A stretch of 64,000 nucleotides of DNA, taken from the NCBI RefSeq assembly GCF_009914755.1, contig NC_060937.1. One strand, 5' to 3'. Shown here piece after piece: positions 1 to 15,455 of this stretch; position 1 is the first letter of the stretch; every line of letters starts with the position of its first letter. The notes beneath the pieces were generated by a model, which was not told the DNA's origin, did no database searches, and was given only the letters and a program-made list of their open reading frames with translations. The position numbers were made by a program, and so were the translations under genes. This DNA comes from the human T2T-CHM13v2.0 reference genome, Homo sapiens.

Positions 1-1698
1 ACCCAAATATATATTATATACTCTACAGGAAATATCAAAGTTCACACACTATATATTATATACTGTACTTAAAATATCAAAGTACCCAAGGTATATATTC
101 TATACTGTACAAAAAATATCAAAGTACCCAAAGCATGTATTATATACTGTATGTAAAATATGAAATTACATCAAATATATATTTTATTCTGTACATAAAA
201 TATCAAAGTACACCAGATATATATTCTATAGTGTACATAAAATAACAAAGTACACAAACTATAAATTATATACTGTACATAAAATATGAAATTACATCAA
301 ATATATATTAGGTACATAAAATATGAAAGTACATCAAATATAGATTATATACTGTACATAAAATATCAATGTACCCCAAATATATATTATATACTCTACA
401 GGAAATATCAAAGTTCACAAACCATATATTATATACTGTACAAAAAATATCAAAGTACCCAAGGTATATATTCTATACTGTACAAAAAATATCAAAGTAC
501 CCAAAGCATGTATTATATACTGTATATAAAATATGAAAGTACATCAAATATATATTTTATTCTGTACATAAAATATCAAAGTACACCAGATATATATTCT
601 ATAGTGTACATAAAATAACAAAGTACACAAACTATAAATTATATACTGTACATAAAATATGAAATTACATCAAATATATATTAGGTACATAAAATATGAA
701 AGTACATCAAATATAGATTATATACTGTACATAAAATATCAAAGTAACCCAAATATATATTATATACTGTACATGAAATATCAAAGTTCACAAACTATAT
801 ATTATATACTGTACATAAAATATCAAAGTACCCCAGGTATATATTCTATACTATACATAAAATATGAAAGAACATCAAATATATATTTTATTCTGTACAT
901 AAAATATCAAAGTACACCAGATATATATTCTATAGTGTACAAAAAATATCAAAGTACCCAAACTATACATTATATACTGTACATAAAATATGAAATTACA
1001 TCAAATATATATTAGGTACATACAATATGAAAGTACATCAAATATAGATTATATACTGTACATAAAATATCAAAGTACCCCAAATATATATTATATACTG
1101 TATATGAAATGTCAAAGTTCACAAACTATATATTATATACTGTACATAAAATATCAAAGTACCCAAGGTATATATTCTATACTGTACAAAAAATATCAAA
1201 GTACCCAAAGCATGTATTATATACTGTACATAAAATATGAAAGTACATCAAATATATATTTTATTCTGTACATAAAATATCAAAGTACACCAGATATATA
1301 TTCTATAGTGTACATAAAACATCAAAGAACCCAAACTATACATTATATACTGTACATAAAATATGAAATTACATCAAATATATATTATATTAGGTACATA
1401 AAATATGAAAGTACATCAAATATAGATTATATACTGTACATTAAATACCAAAGTACCCCAAATATATATTTTATACTGTACATGAAATATCAAAGTTCAC
1501 AAACTATATATTATATACTGTACATATAATATCAAAGTACCCAAGGTATATATTCTATACTGTACAAAAAATAACAAAGTACCAAAAGCATGTATTATAT
1601 ACTGTACCTAAAATATGAAAGTACATCAAATATATATTTTATTCTGTACATTAAATATCAAAGTACACCAGATATATATTCTATAGTGTACATAAAAT
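1..1698 (+). repeat. Dispersed duplicated block A, copy 1 (copy 2 at ~21263-22960; partial copy 3 at ~35379-36260)
   Basis: Shared rare variants (tgtacttaaa, gtatgtaaaa, aagtaaccc, ccccaggt followed by a missing m5, aagaacatc, catacaat, acatcaaagaac). ORFs 286/659/990 match 21548/21921/22252 at offset 21262. Confidence 0.88.
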
Positions 1699-3124
1699 AA
1701 CAAAGTATACAAACTATAAATTATATACTGTACATAAAATATGAAATTACATCAAATATATATTAGGTACATAAAATATGAAAGTACATCAAATATAGAT
1801 TATATACTGTACATATAATATCAATGTACCCCAAATATATATTTTATACTCTACATGAAATATCAAAGTTCACAAACTATATATTATATACTGTACATAT
1901 AATATCAAAGTACCCAAGGTATATATTCTATACTGTACAAAAAATAACAAAGTACCAAAAGCATGTATTATATACTGTACCTAAAATATGAAAGTACATC
2001 AAATATATATTTTATTCTGTACATAAATTATCAAAGTACACGAGATATATATTCTATAGTGTACATAAAATATAAAAGTACCCAAACTATACATTATATA
2101 CTGTACATAAAATATGAAATTACATCAAATATATATTTTATTAGGTACATAAAATATGAAAGTACATCAAATATAGATTATATACTGCACATAAAATATC
2201 AAAGTACCCCAAATATATATTATATACTCTACATGAAATATCAAAGTTCACAAACTATATATTATATACTGTACATAAAATATCAAAGTACCCAAGGTAT
2301 ATATTCTATACTGTACAAAAAATATCAAAGTACCCAAAGCATGTATTATATACTGTATATAAAATATGAAAGTACATTAAATATATATTTTATTCTGTAC
2401 ATAAAATATCAAAGTACACCAGATATATATTCTATAGTGTACATAAAATTACAAAGTACGCAAACTATACACTATATACTGTACATAAAATATGAAATTA
2501 CATCAAATATATATTAGGTAAATAAAATATGAAAGTACATCAAATATAGATTATATACTGTACATAAAATATCAAAGTACCCCAAATATATATTATATAC
2601 TCTACATGAAATATCAAAGTTCACAAACTATATATTATATACTGTACATAAAATATCAAAGTACCCAAGGTATATATTCTATACTATACAAAAAATATCA
2701 AAGTACCCAAAGCATGTATTATATACTGTACATAAAATATGAAAGTACATCAAATATATATTTTATTCTGTACATAAAATATCAAAGTACACCAGATATA
2801 TATTCTATAGTGTACATAAAATAACAAAGTACACAAACTATTCATTATATACTGTACATAAAATATGAAATTACATGTAATATATTTTATATTAGGTACA
2901 TAAAATGTGAAAGTACATCAAATATAGATTATATACTGTACATTAAATACCAAAGTACCCCAAATATATATTTTATACTGTACATGAAATATCAAAGTTC
3001 ACAAACTATATATTATATACTGTACATATAATATCAAAGTACCCGAGGTTTATATTCTATACTGTACAAAAAATATCAAAGTACCAAAAGCATGTATTAT
3101 ATACTGTACCTAAAATATGAAAGT

Positions 3125-5369
3125 ACATCAAATATATATTTTATTCTGTACATAAAATATCAAAGTACACCAGATATATATTCTATAGTGTACATAAAAT
3201 ATAAAAGTACCCAAACTATACATTATATACTGTACATAAAATATGAAATTACATCAAATATATATTAGGTACATAAAATATGAAAGTACATCAAATATAG
3301 ATTATAGACTGTACATAAAATATCAATGTACCCCAAATATATATTTTATACTCTACATGAAATATCAAAGTTCACAAACTATATATTATATACTGTACAT
3401 AAAATATCAAAGTACCCAAGGTATATATTCTATGCTGTACAAAAAATATCAAAGTACCCAAAGCATGTATTATATACTGTACATAAAATATGAAACTACA
3501 TCAAATATATATTTTATTCTGTACATAAATTATCAAAGTACACCAGATATATATTCTATAGTGTACATAAAATATCAAAGTACCCAAACTATACATTATA
3601 TACTGTACATAAAATATGAAATTACATCAAATATATATTTTATTAGGTACATAAAATATGAAAGTACATCAAATATAGATTATATACTGCACATAAAATA
3701 TCAAAGTACCCCAAATATATATTATATACTCTACATGAAATATCAAACTTCACAAACTATATATTATATACTGTACATAAAATATCAAAGTACCCAAGGT
3801 ATATATTCTATACTGTACAAAAAATATCAAAGTACCCAAAGCATGTATTATATACTGTATATAAAATATGAAAGTACATTAAATATATATTTTATTCTGT
3901 ACATAAAATATCAAAGTACACCAGATATATATTCTATAGTGTACATAAAATTACAAAGTACACAAACTATACACTATATACTGTACATAAAATATGAAAT
4001 TACATCAAATATATATTAGGTAAATAAAATATGAAAGTACATCAAATATAGATTATATACTGTACATAAAATATCAAAGTACCCCAAATATATATTATAT
4101 ACTCTACATGAAATATCAAAGTTCACAAACTATCTATTATATACTGTACATAAAATATCAAAGTACCCAAGGTATATATTCTATACTATACAAAAAATAT
4201 CAAAGTACCCAAAGCATGTATTATATACTGTACATAAAATATGAAACTACATCAAATATATATTTTATTCTGTACATAAAATATCAAAGTACACCAGATA
4301 TATATTCTATAGTGTACATAAAATATAAAAGTACCCAAACTATACATTATATACTGTACATAAAATATGAAATTACATCAAATATATATTAGGTACATAA
4401 AATATGAAAGTACATCAAATATAGATTATAGACTGTACATAAAATATCAATGTACCCCAAATATATATTTTATACTCTACATGAAATATCAAAGTTCACA
4501 AACTATATATTATATACTGTACATAAAATATCAAAGTACCCAAGGTATATATTCTATGCTGTACAAAAAATATCAAAGTACCCAAAGCATGTATTATATA
4601 CTGTACATAAAATATGAAACTACATCAAATATATATTTTATTCTGTACATAAATTATCAAAGTACACCAGATATATATTCTATAGTGTACATAAAATATC
4701 AAAGTACCCAAACTATACATTATATACTGTACATAAAATATGAAATTACATCAAATATATATTTTATTAGGTACATAAAATATGAAAGTACATCAAATAT
4801 AGATTATATACTGCACATAAAATATCAAAGTACCCCAAATATATATTATATACTCTACATGAAATATCAAACTTCACAAACTATATATTATATACTGTAC
4901 ATAAAATATCAAAGTACCCAAGGTATATATTCTATACTGTACAAAAAATATCAAAGTACCCAAAGCATGTATTATATACTGTATATAAAATATGAAAGTA
5001 CATTAAATATATATTTTATTCTGTACATAAAATATCAAAGTACACCAGATATATATTCTATAGTGTACATAAAATTACAAAGTACACAAACTATACACTA
5101 TATACTGTACATAAAATATGAAATTACATCAAATATATATTAGGTAAATAAAATATGAAAGTACATCAAATATAGATTATATACTGTACATAAAATATCA
5201 AAGTACCCCAAATATATATTATATACTCTACATGAAATATCAAAGTTCACAAACTATCTATTATATACTGTACATAAAATATCAAAGTACCCAAGGTATA
5301 TATTCTATACTATACAAAAAATATCAAAGTACCCAAAGCATGTATTATATACTGTACATAAAATATGAA
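3125..5369 (+). repeat. Recent tandem duplication of a 1124-bp (3-HOR) unit
   Basis: ORFs 3243..4019 and 4367..5143 have identical translations at offset 1124 (378+373+373). Shared markers: gattatagact, tctatgctg, ctgcacat, aggtaaata, tatctatt. Confidence 0.9.
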
Positions 5370-8300
5370 AGTACATCAAATATATATTTTATTCTGTACA
5401 TAAAATATCAAAGTACACCAGATATATATTCTATAGTGTACATAAAATATCAAAGTACCCAAACTATACATTATATAGTGTACATAAAAAATGAAATTAC
5501 ATCAAATATGTATTATATTAGGTACATAAAATATGAAAGTACATCAAATATAGATTATATACTGTACATTAAATACCAAAGTACCCCAAATATATATTTT
5601 ATACTGTACATGAAATATCAAAGTTCACAAACTATATATTATATACTGTACATAAAATATCAAAGTACCCAAGGTATATATTATATACTGTACAAAAAAT
5701 ATCAAAGTACCCAAAGCATGTATTTTATACTGTACATAAAATATGAAAGTACATCAAATATATATTTTATTCTGTACATAAAATATCAAAGAACACCAGA
5801 TATATATTCTATAGTGTACATAAAATATCAAAGTACACAAACTATACATTATATACTGTACATAAAATATGAAATTACATCAAATATATATTAGGTACAT
5901 AAAATATGAAAGTACATCAAATATAGATTATATACTGTACATAATATATCAAAGTACCCCAAATATATATTATATACTCTACATGAAATATCAAAGTTCA
6001 CAAACTATATATTTTATACTGTACATAAAATAAAGTACCCAAGGTATATATTCTATACTGTACAAAAAATATCAAAGTACCCAAAGCATGTATTATATAC
6101 TGTACATAAAATATGAAAGTACATCAAATATATATTTTATTCTGTACATAAAATATCAAAGTACACCAGATATATATTCTATAGTGTACATAAAATATCA
6201 AAGTACCCAAACTATACATTATATACTGTACATAAAATATGAAATTACATCAAATATATTTTATATTAGGTACATAAAATATGAAAGTACATCAAATATA
6301 GATTATATACTGTACATTAAATACCAAAGTATCCCAAATATATATTTTATACTCTACATGAAATATCAAAGTTCACAAACTATATATTCTATACTGTACA
6401 TATAATATCAAAGTACCCAAGGTATATATTCTATACTGTACAAAAAATAACAAATTACCAAAAGCATGTATTATATACTGTACCTAAAATATGAAAGTAC
6501 ATCAAATATATATTTTATTCTGTACATAAAATATCAAAGTACACCAGATATATATTCTATAGTGTACCTAAAATATCAAAATACCCAAGCTATACATTAT
6601 ATACTGTACATAAAATATGAAATTACATCAAATATATATTATATTAGTTACATAAAATATGAAAGTACATCAAATATAGATTATACACTGTACATAAAAT
6701 ATCAAGGTACCCCAAATATATATTATATACTCTACATGAAATATCAAAGTTCACAAACTATATATTATATACTGTACATAAAATATCAAAGTACCCAAGG
6801 TATATATTCTATACTGCACAAAAAATTTCAAAGTACCCAAAGCATGTATTATATACTGTATATAAAATATGAAAGTACATCAAATATATATTTTATTCTG
6901 TACATAAAATATCAAAGTACACCAGATATATATTCTATAGTGTACATAAAATAACAAAGTACACAAACTATAAATTATATACTGTACATAAAATATGAAA
7001 TTACATCAATTTTATATTAGGTACATAAAATATGAAAGTACATCAAATATAGATTATATGCTGTACATAAAATATCAATGTACCCCAAATATATATTTTA
7101 TACTCTACATGAAATATCAAAGTTCACAAACCATATATTATATACTGTACATAAAATATCAAAGTACCCAAGGTATATATTCTATACTGTACAAAAAATA
7201 TCAAAGTACCCAAAGCATGTATAATATACTGTACATAAAATATGAAAGTACATCAAATATATATTTTATTCGGTACATAAAATATCAAAGTACACCAGAT
7301 ATATATTCTATAGTGTACATAAAATAGCAAAGTACACAAATTATATACTGTACATAAAATATGAAATTACATCAAATATATATTAGGTACATAAAATATG
7401 AAAGTACATCAAATATAGATTATATACTGTACATAAAATATCAATGTACCCCAAATATATATTTTATACTCTACATGAAATACCAAAGTTCACAAACCAT
7501 ATATTATATACTGTACATAAAATATCAAAGTACCCAAGGTATATATTCTATACTATACAAAAAATATCAAAGTACCCAAAGCATGTATTATATACTGTAC
7601 ATAAAATATGAAAGTACATCAAATATATATTTTATTCTGTACATAAAATATCAAAGTACACCAGATATATATTCTATACTGTACATAAAATAACAAAGTA
7701 CACAAACTATAAATTATATACTGTACATAAAATATGAAATTACATCAAATATATATTAGGTACATAAAATATGAAAGTACATCAAATATAGATTATATAC
7801 TGTACGTAACATATCAATGTACCGCAAATATATATTTTATACTCTACATGAAATATCAAAGTTCACAAACCATATATTATATACTGTACATAAAATATCA
7901 AAGTACCCAAGGTATATATTCTATACTATACAAAAAATATCAAAGTACCCAAAGCATGTATTATATACTGTACACAAAATATGAAAGTACATCTAATATA
8001 TATTTTATTCTGTACATATAATATCAAAGTACACCAAATATATATTATATACTGTACATGAAATATCAAAGTTCACAAACCATATATTATATACTGTACA
8101 TAAAATATGAAATTACATCAAATATATATTATATTAGGTACATAAAATATGAAAGTACATCAAATATAGATTATATACTGTACATAAAATATCAAAGTAC
8201 CCCAAATATAGATTATATACTCTACAGGAAATATCAAAGTTCACAAACCATATATTATATACTGTACATAAAATATCAAAGTACCCAAGGTATATATTCT

Positions 8301-11300
8301 ATACTGTACAAAAAATATCAAAGTACCCAAAGCATGTATTATATACTGTACATAAAATATGAAAGTACATCAAATATATATTTTATCCTGTACATAAAAT
8401 ATCAAAGTACACCAGATACATATTCTATAGTGTACATAAAATATCAAAGTACCCAAACTATACATTATTTACTGTACATAAAATATGAAATTTCATCAAA
8501 TAGATATTATATTAGGTACATAAAATATGAAAGTACATCAAATATAGATTATATACTGTACATTAAATAACAAAGTACCCCAAATATATATTTTATACTG
8601 TACATGAAATATCAAAGTTCACACACTATATATTATATACTGTACATAAAATATCAAAGTACCCAACGTATATATTCTATACTGTACAAAAAATATCAAA
8701 GTACCCAAAGCATGTATTATAAACTGTACATAAAATATGAAAGTAAATCAAATATATATTTTATTCCGTACATAAAATTTCAAAGTACACCAGATATATA
8801 TTCTATAGCGTACATAAAATATCAAAGTACACAAACTATACATTATATACTGTACATAAAATATGAAATTACATCAAATATATATTATATTAGGTACATA
8901 AAATATGAAAGTACATCAAATGTAGATTATATACTGTACATTAAATACGAAAGTACCCCAAATATATATTATATACTCTACATGAAATATCAAAGTTCAC
9001 AAACTATATATTATATACTGTACATAAAATATCAAAGTACCCAAGGTATATATTCTATACTGTACAAAAAATATCAAAGTACCCAAAGCATGTATTATAT
9101 ACTGTATATAAAATATGAAAGTACATCAAATATATATTTTATTCTGTACATAAAATATCAAAGTACACCAGATATATATTCTATAGTGTACATAAAATAA
9201 CAAAGTACAAAAACTATAAATTATATCCTGTACATAATATATGAGATTACATCAAATATATATTAGGTACATAAAATATGAAAGTACATCAAATATAGAT
9301 TATATACTGTACATAAAATATCAATGTACCCCAAATATATATTTTATACTCGACATGAAATATCAAAGTTCACAAACCATATATTATATACTGTACATAA
9401 AATATCAAAGTACCCAAGGTATATACTCTATACTGTACAAAAAATATCAAAGTACCCAAAGCATGTATTATATACTGTACATAAAATATGAAAGTACATC
9501 AAATATATATTTTATTCTGTACATAAAATATCAAAGTACACCAGATATATATTCTATAGTGTACATAAAATATCAAAGTACCCAAACTATACATTATATA
9601 CTGTACATAAAATATGAGATTACATCAAATATATATTATATTAGGTACATAAAATATGAAAGTACATCAAATATAGATTATATACTGTACATAAAATATC
9701 AAAGTACCCCAAATATATATTATATACTCTACAGGAAATATCAAAGTTCACACACTATATATTATATACTGTACATAAAATATCAAAGTACCCAAGCTAT
9801 ATATTCTATACTGTACCAAAAATATCAAAGTACCCAAAGCATGTATTATATTCTGTATATAAAATATGAAAGTACATCAAATATATATTTTATTCTGTAC
9901 ATAAAATATCAAAGTACACCAGATATATATTCTATAGTGTACATAAAATAACAAAGTACACAAACTATAAATTTTATACTGTACATAAAATATGAAATTA
10001 CATCAAATATATATTAGGTACATAAAATATGAAAGTACATCAAATATAGATTATATACTGTACATATAATATCAATGTACCCCAAATATATATTTTATTC
10101 TCTACATGAAATATCAAAGTTCACAAACCATATATTATATACTGTACATAAAATATCAAAGTAACAAAGGTATATATTCTATACTGTACAAAAAATATCA
10201 AAGTACCCAAAGCATGTATTATATACTGTACATAAAATATGAAACTACATCAAATATATATTTTATTCTGTACATAAAATATCAAAGTACACCAGATATA
10301 TATTCTATAGTGTACATAAAATAACAAAGTACACAAACTATAAATTATATGCTGTACATAAAATATGAAATTACATCAAATATATATTAGGTACATAAAA
10401 TATGAAAGTACATCAAATATAGATTATATACTGTACATATAATATCAATATACCCCAAATATATATTTTATACTCTACATGAAATATCAAAGTTCACAAA
10501 CCATATATTATATACTGTACATAAAATGTCAAAGTACCCAAGGTATATATTCTATACTGTACAAAAAATATCAAAGTACCAAAAGCATGTATTATATACT
10601 GTACATAAAATATGAAATTACATCAAATATATATTTTATTCTGTACATAAAATATCAAAGTACACCAGATATATATTCTATAGTGTACATAAAATATCAA
10701 AGTACCCAAACTATACATTATATACTGTACATAAAATATGAAATTACATCAAATATATTTTATATTAGGTACATAAAATATGAAAGTACATCAAATATAG
10801 ATTATATACTGTACATTAAATACCAAAGTACCCCAAATATATATTTTATACTGTACATGAAATATCAAAATACACAAACTATATATTATATACTGTACAT
10901 AAAATATCAAAATACCCAAGGTATATATTCTATACTGTACAAAAAATAACAAAGTACCAAAAGCATGTATAATATACTGTACATAAAATATGAAAGTACA
11001 TCAAATATATATTTTATTCTGTACATAAAATATCAAAGTACACCAGATATATATTCTATAGTGAACATAAAATATCAAAGTACCCAAACTATACATTATA
11101 TACTGTACATAAAATATGAAATTACATCAAATATATTTTATATTAGGTACATAAAATATGAAAGTACATCAAATATAGATTATATACTGTACATTAAATA
11201 CCAAAGTACCCCAAATATATATTTTATTCTGTACATGAAATATCAAAATACACTAACTATATATTATATACTGTACATAAAATATCAAAGTACCCAAGGT

Positions 11301-11899
11301 ATATATTCTATACTGTACAAAAAATAACAAAGTACCAAAAGCATGTATAATATACTGTACATAAAATATGAAAGTACATCAAATATATATTTTATTCTGT
11401 ACATAAAATATCAAAGTACACCAGATATATATTCTATAGTGTACATAAAATATCAAAGTACCCAAACAATTCATTATATACTGTACATAAAATATGAAAT
11501 TACATCAAATATATATTATATTAGGTACATAAAATATGAAAGTACATCAAATATAGATTATATACTGTACATAAAATATCAAAGTACCCGAAATATATAT
11601 TATATACTGTACATGAAATATCAAAGTTCACAAACCATATATTATATACTGTACATAAAATATCAAAGTACCCAAGGTATATATTCTATACTGTACAAGA
11701 AATATCAAAATACCAAAAGCATGTATTATATACTGTAGATAAAGTATGAAATTACATCAAATATATGTATTATTCTGTACATAAAATATCAAAGTACACC
11801 AGATATATATTCTATAGTGTACATAAAATATCAAATTACCCGAACTATACATTATATACTGTACATAAAATAAGAAATTACATCAAATATATATTAGGT

Positions 11900-14800
11900 A
11901 CATAAAATATGAAAGTACATCAAATATACATTATATACTGTACGTAAAATATCAAAGTACCACAAATATATATTATATACTGTACATGAAATATCAAAGT
12001 TCACAAACCGTATATTATATACTGTACATAAAATATCAAAGTACCCAAGGTATGTATTCTATACTGTACAAAAAATATCAAAGTACCCAAAGCATGTATT
12101 ATATACTGTACGTAAAATATGAAAGTACATCAATTATATATTTTATTCTGTACATAAAATATCAAAGTACACCAGGTATATATTCTATAGTGTACATAAA
12201 ATAACAAAGTACCCAAACGATACATTATATACTGTACATAAAATATGAAATTACATCAAATATATATTATATTAGGTACATAAATTATGAAAGTAGATCA
12301 AATATAGATTATATACTGTACATTAAATACCAAAGTACCCCAAATATATATTTTATACTGTACATGAAATATCAAAGTTCACAAACTATATATTATATAC
12401 TGTACATAAAATATCAAAGTACCCAAGGTATATATTCTATACTGTACAAAAAATATCAAAGTACCAAAAGCATGTATTATATACTGTACATAAAATATGA
12501 ATGTACATCAAATATATATTTTATTCTGTACATAAAATATGAAAGTACACCAGATATATATTCTATAGTGTACATAAAATATCAAAGTACCCAAACTATA
12601 CATTATATACTGTACATAAAATATGAAATTACATCAAATATATATTATATTAGGTACATAAAATATGAAAGTACATCAAATATAGATTATACACTGTACA
12701 TTAAATATCAAAGTACGCCAAATATATATTATATACTGTACATGAAATATCAAAGTTCACAAACTATATATTATATACTGTACATAAAATATCAAAGTAC
12801 CCAAGGTATATATTCTATACTGTACAAAAAGTATCAAAGTACCCAAAGCATGTATTATATACTGTATATAAAATATGAATGTACATCAAATATATATTTT
12901 ATTCTGTACAGAAAATATCAAAGTACACCAGATATATATTCTATAGTGTACATAAAATAACAAAATACACAAACTATAAATTATATACTGTACATAAAAT
13001 ATGAAATTACATCAAATATATATTAGGTACATAAAATATGAAAGTACATCAAATATAGATTCTATACTGTACATATAATATCAATGTACCCTAAATATAT
13101 ATTTTATACTCTACATGAAATATCAAAGTTCACAAACCATATATTATATACTGTACATAAAATGTCAAAGTACCCAAGGTATATATTCTATACTGTACAA
13201 ATAATATCAAAGTACCAAAAGCATGTATTATATACTGTACATAAAATATGAAATTACATCAAATATATATTTTATTCTGTACATAAAATATCAAAGTACA
13301 CCAGATATATAATCTATAGTGTACATAAAATATCAAAGTTCCCAAACTATACATTATATAATGTACATAAAATATGAAATTACATCAAATATATATTAGG
13401 TACATAAAATATGAAAGTACATCAAATATAGATTATATACTGTACATAAAATATCAAAGTACCCCAAATATATTTTATATACTGTAATGAAATATCAAAT
13501 TTCACAAACTATATATTATATACTGTACATAAAATATCAAAGTACCCAAGGTATGTATTCTATACTGTACAAAAAATATCAAAGTACCCAAACCATGTAT
13601 TATATACTGTAGATAAAATATGAAAGTACATCAAATATGTATTTTATTCTGTACATAGAATATCAAAGTACACCAGATATATATTCTATAGTGTACATAA
13701 AATAACAAAGTACACAAACTATACATTATATACTGTACATAAGATATGAAATTACATCAAATATATATTAGGTACATAAAATATGAAAGTACATCAAATA
13801 TAGATTATATACTGTACATAAAATATCAATGTACCCCAAATATATATTTTATACTCTACTTGAAATATCAGAGTTCACAAACCATATATTATATACTGTA
13901 CATAAAATATCAAAGTACGCAAGGTATATATTCTATACTGTACAAAAAATGTCAAAGTACCCAAGGCATGTATTATATACTGTACATAAAATATGAAAGT
14001 ACATCAATTATATATTTTATTCTGTACAAAAAATATCAAAGTACACCAGATATATATTCTATAGTGTACATAAAATATCAAAGTACCCAAACTATACATT
14101 ATATACTGTACATAAAATATGAAATTACATCAAATATATATTATATTAGGTACATAAAATATGAAAGTACATCAAATATAGATTATATACTGTACATTAA
14201 ATACCAAAGTACCCCAAATATATATTTTATACTGTACATGAAATATCAAAGTTCACAAACCATATATTATATACTGTACATAAAATATCAAAGTACCCAA
14301 GGTATATATTAGATACTGTACAAAAAATATCAAAGTACCCAAAGCATGTATTATATACTGAACATAAAATATGAAATTACATCTAATATATATTTTATTC
14401 TGTACATAAAATATCAAAGTACACCAGATATATATTCTATAGTGTACATAAAATATCAAAGTACCCAAACTACAAATTTTATACTCTACATAAAATATGA
14501 AATTACATCAAATATATATTAGGTACATAAAATATGAAAGTACATCAAATATACATTATATACTGTACGTAAAATATCAAAGTACCACAAATATATATTA
14601 TATACTGTACATGAAATATCAAAGTTCACAAACCATATATTATATACTGTACATAAAATATCAAAGTACCCAAGGTATGTATTCTGTACTGTACAAAAAA
14701 TATCAAAGTACCCAAAGCATGTATTATATACTGTACGTAAAATATGAAAGTACATCAATTATATATTTTATTCTGTTCATAAAATATCAAAGTACACCAG

Positions 14801-15455
14801 GTATATATTCTATAGTGTACATAAAATAACAAAGTACCCAAATGATACATTATATACTGTACATAAAATATGAAATTACATCAAATATATATTATATTAG
14901 GTACATAAATTATGAAAGTAGATCAAATATAGATTATATACTGTACATTAAATACCAAAGTACCCCAAATATATATTTTATACTGTACATGAAATATCAA
15001 AGTTCACAAACTATATATTATATACTGTACATAAAATATCAAAGTACCCAAGGTATATATTCTATACTGTACAAAAAATATCAAAGTACCAAAAGCATGT
15101 ATTATATACTGTACATAAAATATGAATGTACATCAAATATATATTTTATTCTGTACATAAAATATGAAAGTACACCAGATATATATTCTATAGTGTACAT
15201 AAAATATCAAAGTACCCAAACTATACATTATATACTGTACATAAAATATGAAATTACATCAAATATATATTATATTAGGTACATAAAATATGAAAGTACA
15301 TCAAATATAGATTATACACTGTACATTAAATATCAAAGTACGCCAAATATATATTATATACTGTACATGAAATATCAAAGTTCACAAACTATATATTATA
15401 TACTGTACATAAAATATCAAAGTACCCAAGGTATATATTCTATACTGTACAAAAA
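11900..15455 (+). repeat. Duplicated ~0.9-kb block (11900-12830 and 14525-15455), offset 2625 bp
   Basis: Shared variants tacgtaaaa, gtaccacaa, catcaatta, ccaggtata, aagtagatc, gaatgtaca and gtacgcca (12713 and 15338). Confidence 0.88.
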
